Shown piece after piece: positions 49,201 through 59,915 of a stretch of DNA of 64,000 nucleotides. The position numbers and the translations under genes are program-made. Source of the DNA: Bispira polyomma (Eukaryota). The notes below the pieces were generated by a model. It had not been told where the DNA came from. It ran no database searches and saw only the letters and a program-made list of their open reading frames with translations. The stretch spans positions 18,972,001 through 19,036,000 of the forward strand of contig OZ287752.1 in assembly GCA_965649765.1 (NCBI GenBank). The letters are read 5' to 3'. Within the stretch, counting starts at the first letter, position 1; the number at the start of each line of letters is the position of its first letter.

Positions 49201-52200
49201 ATAACTGACCTCCAGTATTGTGAGAGCTGGGAAAACGACAATTTCCTTCCTGATAAAAGCGACAAGACATTGCACCCTTACGACGTACAGACCTACTGCT
49301 ACTCGAGTTACTTGGCCGTCCATTCGCCCCAGAGGAATTTCTACTGTTCGACACATGGCGCTGAGCATGGGCTCTTCGGATTCGATCCATCTTATCTACC
49401 TCTAGCCACCCCAACTTATCCATCTCCATACTTGTCTATACGACTGCATGGCAGGCCTTAGCTGACTCCCAAGAAAAATCCTGGGCATCCTCCATAAGAC
49501 CCCCCATGTAATCCAGCATGGCATTCTTCACTTCGATCGACTTCTCCTCGTGGGCAATCCGAGCGAAACCACACACCCATTGCAACACGGTTAACTCATC
49601 GTAGCTAGGCCGAGACTTAGAACTACCCGTGAGCACATAGTTTTGAGGCCAGGCGGTGACCTTTCTTACCAACACCTCATTCGCCCCACTACGCTGGGAC
49701 TTCAGTTTACCTTGCGAGGTGGTCTCATTCAACGTCTTGAGATCTTTCAATCTCTGCTCCACTTGGAGCTGTATTAGGGCATTCTGGTTTAAAAAATCTA
49801 TGCCAGGAATTATACTGTCGGACGTAGCGATAGATGGGCTCTTACCTACGCCAGCAGAGCAACTAGCAGGCCTGTCAACACTAGAACTAATCAAACTACT
49901 ACTTGCCTGAACGGGGACCTGATGACTGGGCTGACTACTGGTGAGGTTCGTCGCCAATGCGGCCTCATTCCTCTGAACCCGCTGGTCCATTTTTACCATT
50001 AACTCGTTCATCGAGTGCAGTTGGAGTAATATCGCGTTCGTAACTGCATCGCCAGACTCACCGTTTGCGGGTTCAGTGTCAGAGGCAGCATCGATCTCCT
50101 CCCCAGAGGCAGAGTCAACGGTTGCAATAACGCAATTTCGCCCTACAGGACGCTCATGTTTGGTTAAACATCGACTACACTCATAGACAGGCATAACTAA
50201 AAGGTGTTTCCACTAAAATACTGTAAAATATAAAACATATACACCACCAACAAAATGGCACCCAAACAAATTTTAAACTAGTTGTTGCTCTGCTGACGAA
50301 CGATAAAGGCGGGAGATTTTGAAAAGGAGAGCCTTATATAGTCGTACACCATCCCATAATAGTAGACCAGGCTGGTACCCCAGAACTGAGGCCACGAACG
50401 CTGAGGGCGTTCGCTTACACAATGAGTGGGAAGTGTTGTGAAAGTATCTGTATTGTACGGAAAAACTTTCGTTTGTCCATCACATTACAATAACAATTTG
50501 GAGTAACTGAAAGCCTTAGTTTACTGTTCATCATTTTTGTTTGTAAAATGCCCAAAATTTAACAACTCACACCTTTTTGAAGGTATTAGTGAGGCAATAT
50601 ATTCACCAATAATGACAAAATGTGTTTGATGTGCAATTTATAACATGTCATTTGTAAACGTAATCATATATGTCTATTGAATTGTAATTATGTTTGGATA
50701 TATGTACAAGTTTGTTTTCAAGTATGTGGTGAAAGTTATCAATATCAAAAATCACTAATTTTGTTACAGTTAAGTTATAATTAGAAAAACCCAAACGGGG
50801 GAGGAGTGTGTATTGCTAACAGTATTTATTAGTTAAGATTTACCTGCATTGTCATTACTATATTAAATAGTACATTGATACATTTACACTGCTTTGTTCT
50901 TTATTGTCCTGACTGTTTTAGATAGAACTTGTTGTCAAGTTTTGAATACAGATGACTTTAAAAATATTTATTTCGCCTCAGATAGGAAAGCAGTGTACAT
51001 TAATAAAAATACTAATAGACAAGTAATACAGGTTAATGGCATACTTACAGTACACATCCAGGGTTTTAGTGTTTGATGTTTTCACTATTTCTATTGCTCC
51101 TTCACCCCAGGTCAGTTGACACTGTACTCCTTGGCCTTGCTGACCACGGTTAAAGCTCAGTGTCTGTGTATAAGTCACTGTATAGGTCACCCCATTACTC
51201 TCTTCACTCTCTGTCTCATCACCTCCACTGTTGTACTCATTCCCTACTTGTACTATAAAATCGGTTTCCCCTTTACCTGGATAGATGGAGGACACTCTAC
51301 ACTGGATAGATTTGGTTACACCCTCAATTACAATACCTATAGTAGTAAGGCTCACAGAATCTGGAGCATCTGGAAACAGAAAAACAATGGTATCATTCTT
51401 GTCTCAATATTTGCAAGCAAATAGAACACTACATCATTGGGACAACTTAACAAAAAAAGTCTACAGTCGCCAGTTACAGTCACAGTTTCTTGGAGCCAAA
51501 TTGATGGCTGGCAGTATCTGACAGAACTACTCACAGCATAGTTACAGTGAGGTAAAAGCAATTGACCTTTTAAGTTTTATTTTGCTTCTGAATTAAAAAG
51601 ATAGTGTCGTAATAATTTATGTGTGAAATATAATTGTGTATATATAAAAGGATTGATCTGCTTACTTACCATCAAGATATAAATTCTATTTTGATAGAGT
51701 TTGATAGAATTAAAACATAAGTATTACCCCAGACAATCAAATAAAATCTGTGCAACCTTTGTGAATCTATTAGCAATGACATTAACTTTTAACTATGATA
51801 AGTTAAATAAGTGTGTTATCTCAGTAGCCAATGATGAGTAACATATAATAAATATTTCTTCATTTTTTTTCTCTATTCTGATCAAAAAGTATAAATACGT
51901 GAGATTGGGAGAACGAAAAAGACTATGGCAATAGACGGCTCCGAATGACGAAAGTCAACAAAGAAAAGTTCTGCAAAAGGGAAAGGTAGTAAGGTATCAA
52001 ACATTCCTATAGATGATAGCATTGTTACCGACCTGAGAGGCACATTCAAACGAATTTTACAATACCGACGTTCTGACTAGTAACCCAAAGCGAACAAGGA
52101 CTATACATACATCAATGATACAACAAGTACTGCTGTCACTTGGGAATGTCTTCTCATTGCCTCGGGAGGTCGTTCGTACGGCCTGGGCATTAAAGATGAC

Positions 52201-55200
52201 GAAAATAGAGTGCATCAACATTAGCCATAGTAAATTTAAAGGGTAGTAGTTCGAGTTCTACTTACAACCTACAGGTGGCAAAGGTGATTTCTAAATTATA
52301 TAATTTGGGGCAAATGTTCTGATAAGATAGACCACAAACAGACCACTGTGCAACTGTCTTTCAGGCCCTAATTCTAATCACTAAGACATTGACCAACCAG
52401 TTCTGGTATATTGAACGTTGATTAATACTTGTGCTAAGGTCAATAAGAGGTGCATCGACAATGGGAATAATGAAGTATTTAATACTCATAAGGGAATAGG
52501 TAAAACAAATAATATTGCTTATCACTGGAATAAAACTCTTGTGAGTATACTTGCAGCCCCTGATAATGATAATAGTATGTATAGGTCTCGAATAATACCA
52601 CCAATGATAAGATTAGGAACCATTTTGAAAAGAGTAATACAAATAATGGCCTGATTGGCTTTGATGGTTAAATGAAGATCCACATGGGGTCAAGTTGATT
52701 TTTGTAATTTTCATTACCAATTGGATATATCATATTCCTCATATAAAACTTGAGTTCAGTGTGAACAAATACATCTTTATGGCTTCTATATTCTACGGGA
52801 AGGAGAATTTGGGTACGATAGCCAATATTATAAATGTGATAATCCACCAGCACTTTTGCTACATGGATTACACTCACCGACTTCTGATCAACAGTAAATC
52901 AAGCTATTGGAAGCAATTGATAAACAAGTAGCCAAATATTCTTGGCATGATCATCAAAAATATATTAGCTGTAAAATTTTATTTTAATGTTTACTGTACA
53001 CAATATGTTAAAAATATAAATCATTAATTAATTATTAGTAGAGATCGGGGACAGTAAACTGTCCACAGTCAGGACAGACCTACAGGGATCAAAGCAGTTA
53101 AATCCTGCAAGAAAGATAAAATAATTTCATAATTTCATTCATATTCACAACACCATGGGTGCTACTACCGTATATAGGGACATCAATTTTTGTTCTCAAC
53201 AAAACCAGATTTCTTGGCTTTATCAGAAACTGAATTTTAATTTCATGGACCCGACAAAAATCCCATACTTAATACTTCTGTACAACAAATGATAGAAATA
53301 GCAGATATAATTAGGGACACAGGTTGTCCTAATTATAAGGGGCAAGATTTCCCCTTATATCATATTCAGACAATAAGGCTTGGGATTAAATCCTACCAAA
53401 TTACCTAGACAAAATTGCTTTTGCAATATATGAATTTCGGACTTCCTCTTTTGCACCTACACTTAAGGGATTAAGGAAGCAATCAACCAAAATTCTGCTA
53501 TTCAGCATAAGTCCGCAACTAGCCAGTACATTGACAAAGAAAAACAATGTGGGGCAATGTGGGGTTAACAAAACCGAAACATAACACAATGTTTTTATAT
53601 AGTGCCTTACAACCAAATGCTGTTCAAAGTGCTTCACAATGAACTGAAGAAATTTTATTCAGCAAAGTAGTCTTTAAAAAAATATGTTTTTAGTTTTGAT
53701 TTAAAAAATGTTAGGCCCAAGTTTGAATGTAAACAGTGAACTATTTCACTGTTCACCCGACCTAAAGATAACTTAAAACATCGCATTATTCTTAATTTCT
53801 CTCAAGGCAGTTTAAAAGGGTGGATTTTACACTCAAATTTCCCACTCCTCGTCCATCACTTAAATAGTAAATGTTATTGATCTTTCGTTTAAGGTCTTCG
53901 CTAATTGTTGGAAAAGCATGAATGTGTATATCTTTTTCTCTTTTTTTTGAACATGTATATCTTATATATATATCCCAAAACCTAGTGTTGCACATATTTT
54001 ATTATTTCCCTGAACACACATGGAGTGTACGAAAGAAGAACATCACAAAAATATGTGTTAATTAGTAGGTCAAAGGTTCAATTATATTTTAAAATGAAAC
54101 AAAATAAGAAATCAAAATATTAAACCAGATGACACATCCTACGAAACAACCACTCCTAACTCCCGAAAGTTAAGCCCAAATTTTAAACGGAAATGGTAGA
54201 AAGTGCTGTCTAGATGATCAATGTCTTCGGCATAGTACCATCTCGATATCGTAATATATGGCGAATAATAAAAAAAAAAACCAAACAGTTTTATGTCTTA
54301 CGACCATTACTAGGTTCTGTACGTAACACCGACATAAAGTGTAAATTCCCCAAAAATCAAAGAAATACAGATTCCTGAGCAACAGATCAGACTTTGTCTG
54401 AAACCTTATCAGTTCGAGACCCCATTGAGTTTAAACATGTCCTCCCAATTTAGTGAAAATTGATTATGGAATAAAGATATATGTTGTAAAAGTTTCACTT
54501 TGTAATTAGCTACAGACAGCTGGAATCACTAAAACGCATACCAGAAACTATACTTGGGCATTTAATAACAGCCTCATGTAAATTACATCGGGGGATTATC
54601 TTGTACTAACGATACCCTATTGTGCAGAACTTAAGGCAAATTTAATTATATTTTGGTGCGTCGACTGATTGTCACCAGTTATAGGTTCTGGGATTAACTA
54701 ATGATGTCAACTGCTAACCGACAACATAGGGGTTGAAATGGTTAATCGAAATGTATACTCTCCTCAATACCCAAGAGGGTCATGTTGTCATGTAAATAAT
54801 GTACTTACTTGAATGTGAAAAGTACTAATAAAAACATAAACAATCCTGCACTTTATAATATTAACCAAATTCAGTGTGCCTCAAAACGAGTGCTATAAAT
54901 GGCTCTAGTGGTAAATTGCATGTGTGGATCTATACTGTACACACTTTCCCAAAGACAGACTTTATATGTTTTCATTGGCAGCCTTAAATACAGGATATGG
55001 GTACATTTAATGTTTGGTTCTAATACTCTGTTATGTTTGTGTTTGAAGACATTTATAAACTGTGTTTGGTATGCAACATTTCTCCTCTTGACTTTATTTG
55101 ACCTAAGTTTTTTCAACTTTAAGAATTTGTTACTTTAAGGTAGCCTTTATACACCAAATTTCCTTCTTATTGACCAACCATAAACTATCCGTTTGAGTCA

Positions 55201-56477
55201 GTCCAAATTATTATTAGTGAAAGGTTCCCCGCCATTACTGTGTACACCACATCAGTGCCTGTAACACCACCAGTCAAAATATATGCTCATTATGTGTGTA
55301 ATCAAGGTGTATGTATGCATATGTTGATAGTCGTGTGCTATGCACTGTAAAACAGATGATTTCATAAAAAGTAAAACCCAAAGTGGTATGCATTGCCATT
55401 GAACAGCATTATTTTTTAATAATGTAGTATTAGAAAATAATGGTAGCGTTTTTCTACCATTGAATGAAGTAAATATTTAAAGAACCATTAATAATTTAAT
55501 TCCAATTTTCATTTAAAAATATTGCTTTAGTTAAGTTGGGTTTTATAATAAACACCTCGTGGCACTTACATTATGTAACGTAATGGATACTCGAGCCTAA
55601 AGACCCTTATACTCCATTAAGTTTACATAATGTAGTGCCACTTGGTGTTTATCTATATAATAATGTGTACCCACAGATATTACAACATTACAATGTAACA
55701 ATAAAACATGGGATTATGTATGATGACATTGTGAATTTACATTGTTGAGTGATATACTAATAAGGATACTGTTTTATAAAACACATTACAGAATAAGAAT
55801 AACAACAAGAGCTAGCGTACCCCATATTTTCCCAGTCACATCCAACACATCACCTCCTTCTTGTAGGTCACTAGTCTGTACTACACATTGATACTGTACA
55901 CCATCAGTCAGAATATCCACATCATTTACAGTCAGCCTGTGTTCTGTACCACTGAACTCATACTCTACATCTCTCCCAATGAACTCATTCTGCAATTGAC
56001 TTCTGTCCTGTGGTCTGTAATAACTAAACACACGACTTAAAGTAGCTTCATTATACCAGTCTAGTTTTCTGATGTCACTTTTAGGTAAACCAGAATCACA
56101 AACTAAGGTCATTGAGTCTCCGTGTAAGATGTAAAAAATAAAGCCAGAACTGTATGGACTTTCAAGGTGAGTACTCACTGATACTTCTGCATATACAACT
56201 GACCTCTCTGAAATGACAAGTTTATGTGGAGACATCAAGTATATGTGCTGGCTTCACTGTATAAATGTATGTGTTGAATAATTCATCGAATAAGACATAA
56301 TTGATCGTACACAAACAATATGTGCTAAAATGTTTACCAATCTTAAAATTAACAGTAATAAATGAAACACACTTTGAGATATGTTATCAATTATATGTTC
56401 AAATATATTAATTACTCACCACTGACAAGCGTAAGCAAAAACACCCACTGCACAATCATCGGATAAAGAGTATTCAT
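28254..56477 (-). CDS. Paralog 2, intact nephrin/sidestep-like type I receptor: SP, 7 Ig, FN3, divergent FN3-like domain, TM, Tyr-motif tail (1035 aa)
   Basis: Exons 56420-56477 (MNTLYPMIVQWVFLLTLVS), 55821-56207, 51049-51369, 42180-42473, 41622-41915, 32795-33091, 31304-31579, 30506-30814, 30107-30403, 29732-30004, 29466-29620 (TM), 28470-28589, 28254-28280. All nine extracellular domain exons are phase 1-1 with lengths divisible by 3, there are no internal stops, and the total is 3108 nt. Confidence 0.85.
28573..28940. repeat. 123-bp tandem repeat x3 spanning a splice acceptor
   Basis: Units start at 28573, 28696 and 28819 and are nearly identical. Confidence 0.95.
30982..31080 (-). repeat. 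Partial duplicate of the acceptor and 5' end of exon 30506-30814
   Basis: ggcctttact.tacaatttagtaaggc..tagatgaactaacatcaa.tggtgaaact. Confidence 0.85.
32560..32850 (-). repeat. Degenerate ~75-bp tandem copies of an Ig exon 3' end and splice donor
   Basis: actta(c/t)atctaacatccagt-type unit four times; only the exon copy keeps the GT. Confidence 0.75.
35360..36010 (+). pseudogene. Harbinger accessory (Myb/MADF-like) ORF remnant
   Basis: Position and convergent orientation relative to the transposase; acidic low-complexity middle region; DNA-binding domain largely deleted. Confidence 0.5.
36505..36760. repeat. Dispersed repeat, copy 2 (see 12080-12325)
   Basis: Shared sequence blocks. Confidence 0.7.
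37560..38560 (-). pseudogene. Harbinger/HARBI1-like transposase, frameshifted
   Basis: WVRPWL..YDHLIAELEREDIASFRNFSR..LAITLSHLATGDSYYSLMYGF..AGSVPWQ. Confidence 0.85.
45698..46683 (-). CDS. YR-2 tyrosine recombinase
   Basis: FLRLSNL, WSKT, HAFRR, HGTW, WRYI. Confidence 0.95.
46707..49106 (-). CDS. YR-2 reverse transcriptase + RNase H (in the -1 frame relative to gag)
   Basis: KVDISRAFR, LPFG, YIDDF, DACLTG, SLEM, CDN, IADLLSR. Confidence 0.95.
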   Translation of the reverse strand: MAKSGKHKCRFVYNTEFKSAQLFERSVWRKTCKYVKGTRPDLSYSQALQKNGPVQKYGCVNRSANEVPVKQARVDKSKVDILRGKSDTLLRPLGTSVGQWTSIVKPGRGAKQGKVITKEVKCSRLNGGEERRVNGGVAVLPLANRYTALVSLSVDDGENVDEPVRFLSGPSDKPVDRGEGRSKTASEDSPESLECPDKYSCALKQKVNKKGMLAKAASNPTYRKWQAQTQHAYGFTPLSALGCEMADQGEGGPELSILQMHDLIRADGRHNYEGLQIPVPSQLRPESWKKYLKNYWDWQLPLLIKYGFPLDVDHSVKLESSESNHKSAEEYPQHVEAYMKEECEFGAMLGPFDKPPLPGLHCSPLMTRHKPNSINRRVIVDLSWPQGGSVNAGASPSSYLGVEFLLSYPSIDNLTSEVVKLGRGCEIFKVDISRAFRHVPIDPGDVDLLGLKWKSYYVDRSLPFGYRNGSTIFQRISDAVRFIMHSENHNVHNYIDDFLAISVPSKIQKTFLRLQELLQELGLTVSQKKLVPPSTQVVCLGIVVDTILGTTSIPGEKLSQIKDKCHEWKSKKFCTKRELQSLLGLLLYISKCVKYARVFLNRMLELLRDNYTRKYIAITPEFRRDLNWFTTFAEHFNGVSFFMPKPITGEIELDACLTGMGGIFEKQVYQINIPPEMTEVNIASLEMLNILVALKLWVHKWKGRRILVRCDNQAVVSVLQTGRTRDPELATYSRNIYMLASKFSIDIVVVHILGKENKIADLLSRWKETEADHLSLFRLAGPVQWLPACRSLLKVNSLI
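49127..50194 (-). CDS. YR-2 Gag-like ORF1; nonsense TAG at 49436-49438
   Basis: CSRCLTKHERPVGRNC N-terminal finger; CRFYQEGNCRFPSSH / HHCETCEGSH C-terminal fingers; two in-frame ORFs. Confidence 0.85.
50270..50345 (-). promoter_or_regulatory. Putative YR-2 core promoter (TATA box, downstream YY1-like motif)
   Basis: TATATAAG on the minus strand at ~50333-50340, ~140 nt before the gag ATG; caaaatggc at 50271, with a similar caatatggc in the YR-1 leader at ~18755. Confidence 0.45.
53150..53570 (+). mobile_element. Highly decayed YR-element Pol fragment (relative of YR-3)
   Basis: FLALS..NFNFMDPD..IIRDTGCPNYKG..NFGLPL..NSAIQ matches YR-3 FLMLSDSNFTFIGPD..IIRDTGCSNYKG. Confidence 0.75.
55548..55652. 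repeat. Foldback/MITE-like palindrome (~105 bp)
   Basis: ataaacacc..gtggcacttacattatgtaa..aatgga pairs with tccatt..ttacataatgtagtgccac..ggtgtttat. Confidence 0.85.
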
Positions 56478-56684
56478 ATTATTAGAATATATAAATATAT
56501 GTCTCTCACTGTTTGTGGTACATGCATTATGTTATGACTGAGGACAACAAGAAATGTAATGTACAAATAGTGAATATCCAAATAAGGTACCTTTTACTTC
56601 AATTTGAATATCAAGAGGCCAAATACAAGACTGTGTGTTATCTATTTATATATATCATATTGATATTATGTTACACCCAATCCA

Positions 56685-56805
56685 TGAAATTGCACCTTTT
56701 ACGAAATGGGCAACTCACTGGCACATTTCAAGAAATAGGCAAAATGCTTGACCATTTTGTAAAATGGGCAACCAATTATTTGCTCATTTCACAAAATGGG
56801 CAAGT
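56685..56805. repeat. Four imperfect palindromes of the form gcNcattt-N4-aaatgggca
   Basis: Seen directly, ~30-bp period. Confidence 0.7.
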
Positions 56806-57069
56806 ACATGAAGAAAATTTTAACATTTATACACACAGTGATTTAAATATGTAACTGAGGGTTTTTAAACTTCAATGAAATATTTTAACATTTATATAAT
56901 TTCCACATACAAAATATAACGACTTCTACATAGTAAAGTCAACATTTTCCCGCATAAAACACCATTTCCTTGCATACTAATTTGGTTACTTATATTAGTT
57001 AATGAGTTTCTCTTATATCGCCATTTATATTGGGGTTTTGGTTCTATGAATTCTTAACAGGTGGAGCAG

Positions 57070-59915
57070 TGTCAACTGGAGTAGAGACAAATAGATCAGT
57101 AGAGGCTCGTACAGAACCAGCAACATTACTCTTGCAGCAGCCATCACATCACAGACATTACGCTTACAGGCACCCACACCTCCAGTAGCCACCAGAGCAG
57201 ACGATCAGACAATACAGTGGCCATACATGCAGCATGTGACGCAGTAGTAACACACTCAGCAGTAAATAAACCAACAACAGATGGCCGCCCCTCCACCTCA
57301 GCCGCAGGGATCGGGTAGTCCCACCTACATCTTGAATCCGTTTGATGGTACGACAATCAACTTATCCGACATTAGTTTGTCAGACCTTTCTTTTGGTGCT
57401 CTGGCTAACAAACCCATGAAAACCCCATCTGCATGGGTAGTGCTGACTGCACTGCTCGGTCGAGAGGAGAGTAGTAGTACTGAATGACTCATCTGACGGG
57501 TTCACCGTTAGAGCGTCCACATCGCAGTCCTGGGTAAAGCAAATGCTACCATCGCCATACACACAACTATTGTAGACATGATGGAAGAAAAGTTCAGAGC
57601 AGGTCCTGATAGTCATTTCTGCAAACATAGATGGCTTTTCAACGGCGAAGCAAAATATCTTATCTGAACTCTGTAGCAATCTCCACTGTAATGTACTCTG
57701 CCTGCAGGAAACACATAAAGGCAGTGATAACAAAGACCCATCCATACCTAGTATGGTCCTTGTCACTGAGCGACTACATCAATAGTATGGCAGCGTTATC
57801 TTTGTCAAAGCAAGTTCTTGTATAGAAGCTACATTCAGTTCAGAAGATGACAACATGAAGTAATGACAGTTGAGTTGAGCAGTGTTGTAGTTACATCTGT
57901 TTACATACCACCAGCAGTTGACTTCAAGTTTCATTACAGCTATAAAACCAACCAGTGTGCCTTTTAAGAGGCGCTTCAACAACAACAAAGCTGACTGGAA
58001 AGAGTCCACTCATGAGCTAGAGCTAGAATCAAAATAGATTGCACCAATACCATGCAATTACAACCGCTTTGCTGAACTTGTTAAGAAGACTGCAAGGAGA
58101 CACATCACATGGGGCTGTAGAATGGAAGACATATCTGGTCTTTCAAATGAAAGATCAGAATTATATGAAGAGAATGTTACCATGTTTGAAGAAGATCCTT
58201 TCTCTGATAAAACGAATGGCGCAGGTGATAAAGTGATGGAAAGCATATCACAGGAGCGCCATAAGACCTGGAAAGCTCTGATGGAGTCAAAAGATATGTG
58301 AAAGAAGCAAGAAAGCATGGTCTACCATTTCAAAGCTTTGTAGTGATCCTAAAGCACTATTTCGACAGCCCAAAGTTACAGAAAATCAAGTTGCCAACCA
58401 GCTGCTATTGAATGGCAAAAGTGCAATGATGAAAAAATAAGAAAGTAGACCGCAAAGTTTTATCGCAAGGAGACCTATGACTGAAATAGGGCATCTCCAC
58501 CCTGAAGCCATGAAAAGGTATTGGACTAAATAACATCTCAACAGAGTAGATTAAGAACTTAGCAACAAAATGGATGCTCCAGTTGTACAACCACTGCTTG
58601 ACTACACAGGCTTCCTAAGATCTAGAAGAAAGAGTGCGTAATAGCACTCCGGAAACCTGGAGTAGTGTCAGTTGACCTATCAGCTGCTTATGACACAGTT
58701 AACTACAGATGACTTCTCCACAAGGTCCTGGAACTTACCAAGTATATCCATGTGATAGAACTGACAAAACTAGCTTGAGAACAGGCTTATTCTTGTTGGA
58801 TTTGGCGGTAAGAAGAGCAGATAGAGAAGACTAAAGAATGGTCTACCACAGGGAAGTATGATTGCACCACTTCTTTTCAACATCTACACAAATGACCAAC
58901 CAAGAAGTGAAGTTACCAGTCGTTTCACTTATGCAGATGACCTCGTTGTATCTCCCCAAGACAGTAACTATTATGTTTTTGAAGAAAGACTCTCAAATAC
59001 TCTCAATGACACCCTACTATGAAAAGAACCACCTACTTGCGGACCCATCAAAGACACAGGTATCCTCTTTCATCTGCGCAACCAAGAAGTGACATGCAAG
59101 CTGAGTCTCACCTGTTCTGGTACTCCACTTGATCACCCAGTATAACTAGGGGTTACATGTTGAGAAGACAAAAGCAAAAATCGGTGCAGGAAACAACATT
59201 GTCAGCAAACTTACTAGAACAAGCTGGGGTGCCAGCCTACCTACTCTACGATAAACTGCCTTATCCCTCTTCTACTCAGCTGCTGAGTATGCTTGTCCAG
59301 TGTGGAAAATAGCAGCATATCTAAAAAGATTGACCCAGCCATCAATGCTACCTAGTTACTAGATGTCTCAGATCAACAACACCAGCAGACAGTTTATACA
59401 TCCTAGCAGATATAGCACCACCAGAGATTCAACGCAGTGCTGCAAGTAGTTAAGAAAGTCAGTACCAGACCACAGATGAGTAACACCCCTTTTTTGGACA
59501 TAAACCAGTCTAGGGAAACTATCCTTGACAAAGTTGAACCCGGAAGAGCAGAATATACCAGAGCTGCTTTTCGGGAAGAGAGGCTTACAACCATGTCCAC
59601 CAGGGCCAATGAAGAACTCCCACCTGGTGCTGACTTAAACAGGGCTGAATGGAAATGTTTCAATAGACTAAGTTCCAGTGTTGTCTTCTCAAATGTGACA
59701 ATGAGAAATGGGGATATCTGGACACAGAAGATGTGCCATCAGTGTTTAATGTGATACTGAACCACAAACCACGGTACACTTACTGAGATGTTCATTGTTG
59801 TAGCAACAATGCAAAGTTGAATGCCTTGCAGAATACAATGATATAGCTACAGACTGTGTTCAGCTATGGCTCAAACACAACATATAGCTTGTGTGTGTGA
59901 ACACAATAAGAAGAA
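57070..59915 (+). mobile_element. Decayed near-full-length non-LTR retrotransposon (endonuclease + RT; clade not determined)
   Basis: ISANIDGFSTAK..CLQETH, VDLSAAYDTVN, KNGLPQGS, YADDL, AEYACPVW, LPPGADLNRAEWKCFNRL; ends in aagaagaa. Confidence 0.85.

Larger units (their letters stand above)
45226..50421 (-). mobile_element. Ngaro-like YR retrotransposon (YR-2), near-intact ORFs, single A and single B region
   Basis: Gag, RT/RH and YR ORFs. Starts TGTGTAAGCG followed by a hairpin, ends ..ggaACTGT about 80 nt after AATAAA (45304-45309); aca is shared at both borders. Confidence 0.88.

Noticed and set aside
45556-49910. Plus-strand ORFs antisense to YR-2 (and 17082-17534 and 18430-18651 in YR-1)
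   Set aside because: Shadow frames of GC-richer coding sequence; not conserved between elements
52400-52960. Hydrophobic minus-strand frames resembling a membrane protein
   Set aside because: Multiple stops and no recognisable motif; cannot be supported without a database search
28254-56477. YR-mediated somatic rearrangement of Ig exons (V(D)J-like system)
   Set aside because: No recombination signals flank the exons, there are no alternative V segments, and the recombinases sit in ordinary retrotransposons of varied age and position
57380-57510. Possible ribozyme near the LINE 5' region
   Set aside because: Could not fit the HDV or hammerhead pairing pattern by eye
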